Positions 25,691-39,085 of a DNA stretch of 64,000 nt are shown in pieces. Origin of the DNA: the human T2T-CHM13v2.0 reference genome, Homo sapiens. Made by a program: the position numbers and the translations under genes. The notes beneath the pieces are model-generated. The model searched no databases. It was not told where the DNA came from and was given only the letters and a program-made list of their open reading frames with translations. How positions within the stretch are numbered: the first letter of the stretch is position 1; each line of letters opens with the position of its first letter. Where the stretch lies: assembly GCF_009914755.1 (NCBI RefSeq), contig NC_060947.1; one strand, 5' to 3'.

Positions 25691-27304
25691 TACGTGACCC
25701 TACCTCTAATATCAGAGCAGTTACTGAAGAGAAAAACTTTTCAGTTTCCCAAATCACCAATGTTCTGGCATTTAGATGGTTAAAAAGTGATAGAGTGTCA
25801 CAAGAATGGAGAAAAAGGCACTATAATTGGATAACCTGGTGGTTAAGTGGTTGGTGGAAACATGGTCTAAATGGGGCAATAGAAGGCCAAGAGAACCACT
25901 GTTTTGACTTCCTTATAGTGTGTCCTGTTACTCAGTTAAAGGCAAAGGTCATCTGAGATCTCTAAAAATCTCTTTTCATACACTTTCTGTGTTCAGTTTG
26001 ATCAAAATAATTATCCACAAGCTGTGGAATGCCAGAAGCTCCATTTTCCAGTGGGGATCCAGCTGAAGAATCCTGGAGAGACCAGAAGTTCATGCTGAAA
26101 ATTAAATATTTATGTAGCAACCTGGTGGAATTGACTCAAATATTGTATTAGCTATGTCTTATTACTCTGAAATAGAAATGAATACTAGAGATCTGTGCAA
26201 AGACCCAGGGCATGCTAGAATAAAGACAAGTTAGGAAAAAATCAGATCATCTGTGACCTACTTTGTCTGTACTTCACTGGGGAAAGGTCAAAAACTCTGT
26301 CCTGTGCCAGTGTTGCACTCATCCTTTCCGCAAACCCTTTCAAAAGAGATTAGGTTCCTATTACTTTATTACTGCAGTAAAATGTATGGCCAGAATTCTG
26401 TAATGAAAGAGCTGCTGCTACAGAAGCTGTAATAGAAGAAGCCGTAACTTAAGTGTCAGCTTGAAAAATTGCCATAAAAGCAATCTTTTATAGAGAAAAT
26501 ATCTTCTAGTTTCTTGTGCAGCATATGCACCATCAGATATGAAATGTCATGGACACTGACTTCTTTCAAGAATGGAAGGTTTTCACTCTTGTCTGTCTAT
26601 CCTTGTTCTTTCTCTTTTGCGTCTCTCCTATGTCTCCTTCTCATTCATTTCAGAGTAGATTCTCATGTCCCTAAAAACTGGTATGATAGGAGAGGCACAT
26701 CCATTTCTTGATTATTTCTTTTTACAGATCGTAAACTGTGTTTTCGTAATTATATGCAGCGCAGATGCAGGGACTGGATTTACTTTGGAGAAACAAGGTT
26801 ACAGTCAGGGTCACCCTTCCTGAATTTTTATAGCAGACCAGGGGAATTTTTGTGATGTGATTTACTGACGTCTTCCAACGGACACTGTCTTTGCAGGCTA
26901 GAGAAACTTGACTCACAAGTTTTTATATGCCTGTATTGTCATCAAAAGCCTCTGTGAAATAAATGACAGAAGGGATTTGCACAAACATGGGACACATTGT
27001 TTTAGTTGCTATAAAAGGAACTGTGAGGCAATACACAAAAGCCAATATTGTATTTTAATATAATTTCTAATAATAATATTTGTACTGATGCAAATTGGGG
27101 GAAACCCACAGATTCTAGCCATCTGAATTTTTTAATATACTACTAAATCATCATATGGCATAAACACCAACATTATGCTTTTATGTTGCTAAGAATTTAT
27201 GAGGGAGATATTTTTACCTTGCCAGCCCCACCATCTCCATTCTCCTTAGTAATATCTCTCTTTGGAATTACCTTTTATTTAGCTTCCCTACTGCTTTAAT
27301 GGAT

Positions 27305-27460
27305 ATTGCTTAACTTGGTCCCTACAGCAACTTTAGCATATGGGAAGGGCAGGTATGGCTATTTCCATTTAACTAATGAGGCAATGGAATCTCAGAGAAT
27401 TTAAATTATCTAGAAAGTAAAAGTTAGTAACCAGAGGCTCAGAGCTTCTGGATTATACAC
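27305..27460 (-). mobile_element. MIR fragment
   Basis: CCATTTAACTAATGAGGCAATGGAATCTCAGAGAATTTAA. Confidence 0.55.
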
Positions 27461-28546
27461 CAGAACATAGGGTAGGTTGGCAGCAAGAATCTCAGCACCA
27501 AGGGATGCTCTCACTATGATGCTCAACATGAATGGGTAGCAGATGGGTCTTTAGCTCATGCCACTACTTCCCTCCTTGGGGCGTGGTGTAACAGGGGCTT
27601 GCATATTGTATAAAAGACATAAACCTTCCATTCAAACTGTAGAGATGTCTTGTGTGATGAGAATTGATAAAGCATTTGATCTGAGGCTTAGAAAAATAAA
27701 CTCGTGTAAACCCCAGGACAAATTATTTTGCATCTCAATATGTTCTTTTGGGTACTATGATAACTGATGACTGAACTCACTCTGAGATGTCATTGCTTCA
27801 GGGGCAGGTGCTCTCATCTGCTTCACTGGAGCATCTTGATTCTTGTGGGTGGAATTCACTCATATGTTGCTTGGCCCAGCTAGGATGGTTTGGGCCAGTA
27901 TTTTAACCATGGATTTACCTCTCCACTGGAGGTTTTGTAAACCAGATAAAGCAGATGAACTGCCAAATTAACTATCTTCCCACGTTATATTCTTTCTTCT
28001 GCTTTTGTGCTTTTGCCAAAGTTACTCTCCCACAGGGGATTCTTTATCCCTTCTTTTTTGCTGTCCGAATCTCCTGCTTCATCACTCCATTTGAAGTTCC
28101 ATCTTTTCTTGGAAATCTTCTCAGTCCAACTTTTGTTCTCAAATAGTCCTTCACTTGCCTTAATCTCAGTAACATTTGTGGAGACTTTATAATTTAATAT
28201 TGGATTTTGTCATTCTCTTGTGTTATATTTGATTGTATCATATTCCTTTAATGTATTAGGCTTCATTGTATCTACCAAATGGGGAACTCTTCCAAGACAG
28301 CCATTTGAACGTTGAAGGTCTCATGAGGAATCAGATGGAAACTGAAGTTGGGTAATTTTAGAAGAGTTTAATAAATGACTATTTACAAAGGTGTGGAGAG
28401 TATAGAAGGAACTCATTCACACAGTGTCCTGGTTAACAGCAGTGTTAGCTCCTCTAGGCTGAAAAGGGTGGGTAAATGGAGTAGGTTTTGAGACCCAGAG
28501 GCTCTGTGACCCAGCCAGCCTGTAGTGACCTCATAGGAAATAAATG

Positions 28547-28973
28547 CAGCCAGTCCTTCATATCTGTGGATTCTGTATCCGCAAATTCAACTAACTACAG
28601 ATTGAAAATATTCGGGAAAAAACAATAAAAATAACATGGCACATGTATACATATGTAACAAACCTGCACATTGTGCACATGTACCCTAAAATTTAAAGTA
28701 TAATAATAATAAAATAAAAAATACACATACCAAAAAAAACCAATATAACAATAAAAAATAATACAAATAAAAACAATATAGTGTAACAATTTGTATAACA
28801 TTGACTTTGTATTAGGTATTATAAGTAATCTAGAAATTAAAGTATACAAGAGGATGTGCATAGATTATATGCAAATACTATGCCATTCTATATAAGGGAT
28901 TTGAGCATCTGCAGATTTTGGTATCAGAGAGGTGTCCTGGAACCAGTCCCCTGAGAATACCAAGGGACAACTG
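28547..28973 (-). mobile_element. MER2 (TcMar-Tigger MITE)
   Basis: CAG...CTG termini with TA at 28974-75; TATTAGGTATTATAAGTAATCTAG; GTCCTGGAACCAGTCCCC...ATACCAAGGGACAACTG. Confidence 0.9.
28634..28739 (+). mobile_element. Extremely truncated L1PA 3' end inside MER2
   Basis: CATGGCACATGTATACATATGTAACAAACCTGCACATTGTGCACATGTACCCTAAAATTTAAAGTATAATAA plus A-rich tail. Confidence 0.9.
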
Positions 28974-30654
28974 TACTTCTTTCACTCTCCTCTCATCATT
29001 TCACCTCTTGCTGGAGCTCTTTATTGGCCAAACACTGCCAGAAGCTGGAGGACAAGTGAATCCTTTGATATGGTTCATGCGCATCACCTTTCCAGGGCAC
29101 AGAGCAGAACACAGAATGGTGAAGAGTGAATCTGGAGGAGCAATAACCTGTGATAACAAGTGATAACTAACGCAAACATCCTACCATTCTTATACTTGTT
29201 TTGTATTTCTCAAGCTTCTAGCACATTGTAAAGCTGACTGACAATTAGTAGAACCAAAATGGCAGAACCATAAACACCAAACGTTGCACATAGCTGCTAC
29301 AGTCACTCTCCAAAGAAAATCTTCATGGATTTTTCCACATACATTTCCCTGAATGTTACTTTAATTATTCATCAAAATATTTGGTTGCAGGTAACCAAAT
29401 ATAGAATCATCATTAGAAATATCATCATTAAAAATGCAAAGAATAAAACTTTTGAGTGTTTAGCAGTGACTTGATAAGTGGGTGGCGTGTGGCAAGATAT
29501 GACTAGGATGATTCACTATTTCATCTAAAATCAGTTTTATAGCTTCTTGCATTTCAATTATTCCTTTGGAAAGGAGTCTTTTGGTTTGGAAATTTTGCTT
29601 ATCTCCAGAAAAATGTTTTATTTTTATTTTCATATTTCCTGTCATTTAAATTTCAATTAAGGCTACTAAACCCCTACAAAAAGACTTCCTCCTAGCACTC
29701 TAGCTCTCTGCCTACTTGTGACAAAATGTATTAGGGCAGATCTCAGGCATCTGAGGTAGCAATACTCAAAAGAACATTTTCAGTTAAGGCTCAAATGGAA
29801 CTGATCTGAATTAAAGCTCATTGAAATATACAATGGTAAAGAAAAGTATTTCAGCTGGTAAAAACTTTAGGATTGCAAGATGCTACAATACTGTGAATGA
29901 ATGTCAAAAGACATCTTAACAAATGCTGTTGAACATCAAAGTCACTTGGAGTGTCAACTGCTTTGGGAGAATATAAAGAAAATCTGATTAATTTCAACCT
30001 GGGGTTAAGTTAAAAAAGCTCTGGCAGAGATAATAAAGGAAGAACAGAAGTTGCATAGTCATTCTTTGACGCAAGACGCTAAAGTTTATTTAAAAATCCC
30101 AAGGTTGCCGATGCTAAAGATGGTATTAAATTCAAGGTTGAGTACTGCACTGTAAATTATATTTATTTGTTCATGAACATGTAAATGTTATCCTTGCGAT
30201 TGTTCATTTTAATTTAATATGAGAACTTGATATTTTATGGCAAGGACGTGTTAAACATGAAAGAATTATACTAAGATAGTGGAAGGATAACTGATATAAA
30301 TGATAAGTGACAAGGTATACTGGTTTAAGTATTTATTGATTTCACTTCAACAAATAATGATTACTTTGATATTACGTCCACTTATTTGATACATGCATGA
30401 GGTAAAAGCGGGGCAGTTTTTCTTAATAGCTTGCTTGGTTTTCTCATGGGCTGCCATTTCTTCTTTTATCAAGCAAATTATGTCCTCTATCAACTCCTTA
30501 TAACTCGGTTTCAAGTCTCTTTCTGCTAAGCATTTAGGGGCGTCATAGTAACCAGACATGTAAATGAGATTTGTTTCCTAATTCCAAATGTCTGCTTCAT
30601 CTCTGAGAAAGACAGTGCTCACCTCTCAACTTTCACACTGTTCAAAATAAATTC

Positions 30655-30888
30655 CTACAATAAACATTTATTAAGTGTTTACTGTGTACCAGTTTATGAG
30701 CACTGAGGATAGAGAGGTGAGCATTACAGAGAAGGCTGCTGCTCCCACATAGCATACATTTGAATGTCAGGAAACAGTCAATAAACAAATAGATGAATAA
30801 GTTATTTTCAGTGTAATAAAAGAAAATGTGTAATGATATTTAAGTATAATGAAGAAAACAGTAGGATTACATGATAAAGAGTAACCGT

Positions 30889-30927
<39 letters not shown>

Positions 30928-31110
30928 GGTGGGTGTAAGCTACTTTAACTTGAGTGGTCTTGGAGGGCCTTTCTGAAGGGGTACATTTAAGTTGAAAATG
31001 GAATGACAAGTAAGAGGCAGATAAGAGGAAAGAATGGTCTAGCCAAATTGAAAAGCAAGTGCAAAGGCCCTGAAATGGAAACATGCTTGATATGTTCATG
31101 GTAATCAAGG
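30655..31110 (-). mobile_element. L2 3' end
   Basis: AAACATTTATTAAGTGTTTACTGTGTACCAG...GCAAGTGCAAAGGCCCTGA. Confidence 0.75.
30887..30925. repeat. (TG)n microsatellite
   Basis: Directly visible. Confidence 0.95.
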
Positions 31111-31354
31111 AATGGTTGAATGCCTTTACAGAAAAGCCTAAAGTGATATTTTATTTGAAATTTGAAGAATTATATTGGTCTAAACTTGTGTTAGTAAATG
31201 ATTCCAGGGTATTTGGAAATTTAAAGTTTACCAATAAGAATTCTAATCTGACAATGACTTTTGAATCGATTGTTACTTAAATATATTTCAAACTATTAGA
31301 GATAAAAGTTAATTTTCACAAATTAGGTCATTTCATTCTTTTTTAGTAAGAAAT

Positions 31355-31625
31355 TGATCAACTTATGTTTATTGAACACCCACTACTTGCTGTGTGTATT
31401 GTGTGCAAGCTCTATGAGGAAAATACAAAGTAGCATAAGATGACTTTTACCCTCAAGATGAGCAGAGCTCAGTTGCTGGGAAAAGGTATAATCTCATTGA
31501 AAATAACTAATGATACAACGTCATACCAAAATGCAAATGAATTATGAGGTCATAAAGAGGAAGGAAAACTTATTTGTGGATTACAGTGCCCAGAGTGGAT
31601 TCTTGGAGGAAATGGGATTTGAAGT
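31355..31625 (-). mobile_element. L2 3' fragment
   Basis: TGTTTATTGAACACCCACT...CCCTCAAG...TTCTTGGAGGAAATGGGATTTGAA. Confidence 0.5.
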
Positions 31626-32530
31626 GGCAGGAATAAGAATTAAGTGGCTAGAGACTGGTAGAGTTTGTGTTAATGAACAGGAATGTTGGGGATCAGTGAC
31701 ATAGTCAAATGCTTTAAATACTGCTTATTGCCTCTATTTCTTCTTCATATCATGAAGTTGAATAAAGTTTTAAAAATCAATTTTGCATTTGGCATAATCA
31801 AAATATGTATCTAAGCATTAGAAAATGGTGAGTGGCTTCTTACTTACAGGAGTGATATCTTTTTATGATATTTATAAGGCTTCCTAACCTACTAGATAGC
31901 AGCTCACCATATGAAGAAAACTCTAGTCCTCAAAGTGTTAATTTTTTTATTTTGGTGATGCTTAACTATTGCAAACAAATGAAACAATGTAACTTCATTT
32001 ACTATTGACAAACAGAAGGGACATGATGTAATTATTGATATTTACCAATTGTTGATAGTGATATGTACCAATTGTTGATATTTACCCCAATTCTTCCACA
32101 GTGAAGGGTATGACTTGGGGTTGCTGGTCTCCATGCATCACAGCCACACTTTATAGTGTTTTCTAGGTAATGTTCCTTGAAGGTGAATCAAGGTTGTTGA
32201 TGTATCCAGAGTTGCTAGATGCCTCTCAATGGAACCTGCTTGAAACTGAAAAAGGCTGCAAGCAAATAAAGAAATGCAGCTCAGTGGGCAGTTAAATCAA
32301 AGGTGTAAATGACACTTCTCATATCCTTGACTTTCGCTGGTCATTGAGCAAGGTCCATGTTGTTTGTTGAGGGCCAGTTCAGTAACATTTTCTTCCTTTT
32401 ATCATCTGATTGGTGTTTCTCTCTACTGGGGCCATAGCTGCTGCAGACTGTCTGAGATGTTACATTGTGTGTGTGCATGTGTGTGCATGCATGTGTATGC
32501 TTGTGCATGTATTTAATTTCTTGAGGTCTT

Positions 32531-32709
32531 AGAGTGGTTCTCAAAACTGGATAATAATTACAATTACTTGGGGTCTTTTATAAAATACAGATGCTTGGGA
32601 TTTACCATAAACCATTTAGATAAGGATCACTGTGCTGGGACCCAGGCACCAGTATATTTTTTAAAAGCTCCCAGTGCTTCTAAAGTTTAGTGAATTTTGA
32701 GATCCACTG
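32531..32709 (+). mobile_element. MER5-family MITE
   Basis: AGTGGTTCTCAAA...AAAATACAGATGCTTGG...AAAAGCTCCC...TTGAGATCCACTG. Confidence 0.7.
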
Positions 32710-33405
32710 ACCTCTCACAGCCAGCAGTGAGAGGACGAATGCTTTAGTTTGTAAGCATGCATTTCTGTTGGATGTTTTAAATGAAAGTCATTAACCAAAA
32801 AGCATTGCCAGAGTTCAGGGTCATTTAGTTTAAAATGAAACAAAATGCATTTCTGGGACAGAACAGTAAGGACATGAAGAGAACCAGGGTGGTGTACACA
32901 GGTGTAGGTACTATCTCTGATACAGCACAGATACTGACCCAAAGAAAGCTAGTACCCAGGTCACAGCTGCAGAGACACATTTAAGAAGGACTTCACAATG
33001 CCATTACACCAGGTATAAGGTGGCATTGGCATTCAACTCCCTGTCAAGAGGATGATCAAGAGGATGATCCTCATCTGGATAACAGGGCTAATAGGGTTGT
33101 GCCAACCTACTCCATACATGAGTGCTGAGAGGATCCAATGATGCAACATAGTCTTTATTTCTTTGTGGAGTAAAGTCAGAATAAAGAAAGAAATAATCCA
33201 CATGTGAAAATCTGTTCTATCTGCCAAGTGCCATGTGATAGCAAGGACTCATCTTCTTTCTCAGTGCAGTGCAGTCACTATGTAGGTTGAGCTCTTTTTC
33301 AGAGTACTATAAGTAGTAAAGCAGTCACAGAAAATACAAAATTTAAACTCAGATATTAGATTTAACTGTGGCTGCACTTCTAACTTGCTGAGTGACCTTG
33401 GGCAG

Positions 33406-33760
33406 TGATATGGTCTGGCTGTGTCCCCACCCAAATCTCATCTTGAATTGTAGTTCCTATAATCCGTGTCATGGGAGGGACCTGGTGGGAGGTAATTGAA
33501 TCATGGGGGCAGGTTTTTCCCATGCTGTTCTCGTGATAGTGAATAAGTCTCATGAGATCTGATGGTTTTATAAAGGGCAGTTCCTCTGCACATGCTCTCT
33601 GGCCTGCTGCCATGTAAGATGTGACTTTGCTCCTCCTTCACCTTCTGCCATGATTGTGAGACTTCTCCAGCCATGTGGAGCTGTGAGTCCATTAAACTTC
33701 TTTACAAATTACCCGGTCTTGGATGTGTCTTTATTAGCAGCATGAGAACTGACTAATACA
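33406..33760 (+). mobile_element. THE1C-like solo LTR inserted in a MIR
   Basis: TGATATGG...GACTAATACA; TSD GGCAG at 33401-33405 and 33761-33765; MIR core GTGACCTTGGGCAG|GTTCCTT split by it. Confidence 0.95.
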
Positions 33761-33844
33761 GGCAGGTTCCTTGGCTTGTCTGAATCTGTTTCTCTAAAAT
33801 GTGGACAATTATAAAGTGTGACAATTACAGATATTTTGGTTATA

Positions 33845-34580
33845 AATTCATTCTATGAATATTTATTGAGTAACTACTATGGGTGAGGTCCTGTTCTAGA
33901 TGCTAGGGATAAAGCTAAGAACAAAACAAAGTCTCCAGGTCTCATGGTTCTTACAGGAGTGTAGGGGAACAAAGACAGTAAACAAATCAAGAAGCAAAGG
34001 CATAGTATGCTAGGTGGTCAATAGGGCTTTGGAGAAAAAGCAAGCAGGGTAAATAGGTAGTAATTCTTGGGGGAATGTGGAGGTGTTTTGTATCAGAAAA
34101 GCCTCGCCGATTAGGTGATATTTGAGAAGAGTTGTGAAGGAGTTGGGCAACTGAGCCAGGTGGATATCTGTGGCAAATTCATTGCAAGCAGAAGACATAG
34201 CAAGTGCAAAGGCCTTGAGTGTGGAATGATAGATAAACACAAGGAGGCCAATATGGCTGGAGTGCAGTGAGAAAGAAGGAGACTGACAGATGAGGTTACA
34301 GTTACTGAAGAGACTAAGTAATGGAGACAGCTGTTTCCAAGCTTTAATGTGAGTGTGAATCCTCTGGGGATGTTGCTGAAGTGGGGATTCAGACTTAGTA
34401 GGTCTGGAGTTCTGCATTTCTAATTCCTCCCAGGTGTACAGACCATACTCTGAGTAGCAGTGGTGCAGGGCCATGTAATCAATTGTAAATAAAGATGTTA
34501 GCATTTGCTCTGAGTAAGAAGGGAAACGCTGGGAAGGTTTTGAGCAGACTGGCCTTTTGAAGTGATCCCTCTGGCTCTTC
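33845..34580 (-). mobile_element. L2 with a MER5A1-like insert at about 34330-34462
   Basis: ATATTTATTGAGTAACTACTATG...GCAAGTGCAAAGGCCTTGAG...GGAAGGTTTTGAGCAG; insert has TTCTGCATTTCTAA...ACTCTGAGTAGCAGTG. Confidence 0.75.
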
Positions 34581-34699
34581 AGATAATGAGGTATGGTCAA
34601 AAGCCCTGGCTGGCTTTGCAGACAGAATGTCTGGGTTTCAGTCCTAGTGCCACCACTTACTGTGTGTCTTTGGCAAGTTGCTTAAACCCTTTTTTCTCC

Positions 34700-36315
<1,616 letters not shown>

Positions 36316-37059
36316 TTTATACTTGTTTAAGAACTAAGTTTTTTATCTGTAAAATGGGATGGCACATAATACAATACCCGCAGATCTTTTTTTTTTGAGA
36401 GTTAAATGGGAAAATCAATGTAAAAGACTTTGCACGATACCTGGCACATAGTATATGATCCTAAATTGATTTTATTCCAACTATTTCCAAGGCAGTATAA
36501 ATAATGAAAAGATGGCTAGATATTTCAGGGCAAAAAATAGATGAAATGGATGAAAAAAATAAATGGAATTTTAAAGATGTAAGTAACAGTGTCCTATGAG
36601 GGAAAGCCAAAGGTTAACACATTTTCATAATAGGTCTAGAAATATCTACTTTGCCTCTTGATGCACAGATGAGAAACAGTTTGCCATCACATGTAGCATT
36701 TTAGCATAAACAGTTACCAATCTTATGCTTAAGTCCTTATGCAAATAACATAGAAAACAAGTCATACTCTCAAGGAAATGAATTCTTAGATTTGATGATG
36801 TGGGAAGAGATTTTACATAAAACTTTCAATCCTAAAGCATTTTATTTAAAATTATTTGCAAAAATTTATTTAAGAAGAGAACTTCATATGGAGAGAGATT
36901 TGTCCCATTTAGACCCAGATATAGAACCAAGTAGCATGAGAATATATTAGTAGAGTCTTACGGTGAAGAGGAATTTACATTGCTTCAACATTTGTAATTT
37001 TTCCGACCATGAACAATCATCCTTTGCTTGAAGGGTTGGTCTTCTTGTGTGTTAACCTT

Positions 37060-37450
37060 TTTTTAAAAATTACTTTTAAGTTTTCTTTAATATACAAGTT
37101 CCTTGTAGATACATGAGAAAATACAAATAAGCAAAAAGAAAAAGAATGGTCATCATTCCACCACCAAAAGGTAACCAGAATTAACATTTTAGCCAATATG
37201 TTACATTTCTGTATACTATGCATTTATATGTGTATGTATTATTTGCATATAACAAGTATGTTCTGTTGCTGCAATATGGCATGCAACTAACTGCCTTTAA
37301 AAGATAATATATCAAAAACATTTTCACTTCAGTTAATATTCTGTAATTTTATTTTCATTGGTACAAAATAGTAAGTTATATGTTGGTATAAAAACTTACT
37401 TAACCAACATCCTGTTGCAAGCATTGTTTCTAACACTTCCCTATTGAACA
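37060..37450 (-). mobile_element. L1ME-like 3' fragment
   Basis: CCACCACCAAAAGGTAACCAGAATTAACATTTT; ACTTAACCAACATCCTGTTG. Confidence 0.5.
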
Positions 37451-37479
37451 CAATACCCCTTTGTAGTTTAATTAATTAC

Positions 37480-37600
37480 AACTCCCTTTTGTCTCTTCCA
37501 CTAGATAGCTGCTTGAAGACATGGGACATGTCTTGCTTATCTGAGTTTCCCTAGCACCCAGTAGTATTCCTGGATCCATTTGGCACTAAATAAATATTTC
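37480..37600 (+). mobile_element. L2 extreme 3' end
   Basis: CCACTAGATAGCTGCTTGAAGAC...CCCTAGCACCCAG...AAATAAATATTT. Confidence 0.55.
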
Positions 37601-37757
37601 TTAAAGGCATGCGTAGTCTATAAATATCTCAAGCTCACTCCTGTCTTTGGGATTTTGTATTTGTGGTGGGATGCTTGGTAAGACATAATCTAAAAATAAT
37701 TTTAGCAAAAGAAACTAGGAACTGCTTCGCTAAGGTGAATAAGAATATAGCCTAGGA

Positions 37758-39085
37758 CTTTTTAATGATCGCCATTCTAACTGGTGTGAGATGGTATCGC
37801 ATTGTAGTTTTGATTTGCATTTCTCTGATGGCCAGTGATGATGAGCATTTTTTCATGTGTCTGTTGGCTGCATAAATGTCTTCTTTTGAGAAGTGTCTGT
37901 TCATATGCTTCACACACTTTTTGATGGGGTTGTTTTTTCTTGTAAACTTGTTTGAGTTCTTTGTAGATTCTGGATATTAGCCCTTTGTCAGATGAGTAGA
38001 TTGCAAAAATTTTCTCCCATTCTGTACGTTGCCTGTTCACTCTGATGATAGTTTCTTTTGCTGTACAGAAGCCCTTTAGTTTAATTAGATCCCGTTTGTC
38101 AATTTTGGCTTTTGTTGCTATTGCTTTTGGTGTTTTAGACATGAAGTCCTTGCCCATGCCTATGTCCTGAATGGTAATGCCTAGGTTTTCTTCTAGGGCT
38201 TTTATGGTTTTAGGTCTAACATTTAAGTCTTTAATCCATCTTGAATTAATTTTTGTATAAGGTGTAAGGAAGGGATCCAGTTTCAGCTTTCTACATATGG
38301 CTAGCCAGTTTTCCCAGCACCCTTTATTAAATAGGGAATCCTTTCCCCATTTCTTGTTTTTGTGAGGTTTGTCAAAGATCAGGTGCTGGAGAGGAAGTGG
38401 AGAAGTAGGAACACTTTTACACTGTTGGTGGGACTGTGAACTAGTTCAACCATTGTGGAAGACAGTGTGGCTATTCCTCAGGGATCTAGAACTAGAAATA
38501 CCATTTGACCCAGCCATCCCATTACTGGGTATATACCCAAAGGATTATAAAACATGCTGCTATAAAGACACATGCACACGTATGTTTATTGCGGCACTAT
38601 TCACAATAGCAAAGACTTGGAACCAACCCAAATGTCCAACAATGATAGACTGGATTAAGAAAATGTGGCACATATACACCATGGAATACTATGCAGTCAT
38701 AAAAAATGATGAGTTCATGCCCTTTGTAGGGACATGGATGAAGCTGGAAACCATCATTGTCAGCAAACTATCACAAGGACAAAAAACCAAACACCGCATG
38801 TTCTCATTTATAGGTGGGAATTGAACAATGAGAACGCTTGGACACAGGAAGGGGAACATCATACACTGGGGCTTGTCGTGGGGTGGGGGTATGGGGGAGG
38901 GATAGCATTAGGAGATATACCTAATGTAAATGACGAGTTAATGGGTGCAGCACACCAACGCGGCACATGTATACATATGTAACAAACCTGCACGTTGTGC
39001 ACATGTACCCTAGAACTTAAAGTATAATAAAAAAAATTTTAAAAAATATAAATTAAAACACACCAGGAGGCAAAAAAAAAAAAAA
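37758..39085 (+). mobile_element. L1PA (PA4/5-like) with 5' inversion (37758-38382 on minus strand) and short 3' transduction
   Basis: ORF2 C-terminal fragments on opposite strands (ORFs 37777-38157 - and 38369-38824 +); 17-bp TSD AAGAATATAGCCTAGGA at 37741-37757 and 39086-39102. Confidence 0.96.

Larger units (their letters stand above)
28315..29140 (-). mobile_element. Old ERVL/MaLR-type LTR split by MER2
   Basis: GAGTTTAATAAATGACTATTTACAAAGGTGTGG left of MER2; TATTGGCCAAAC...CCAGAAGCTGGAGGACAAG...GAGTGAATCTGGAGG right of it. Confidence 0.45.

Noticed and set aside
34010-34600. Longest ORF in the window (196 aa)
   Set aside because: Reads through decayed L2 3' sequence and a MER5 insert; non-ATG start; chance open frame
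38369-38824. 151-aa ORF with clear protein similarity
   Set aside because: It is the L1 ORF2p C-terminus within a truncated, inverted L1, not a host gene; the same applies to 22329-22739 and 37777-38157
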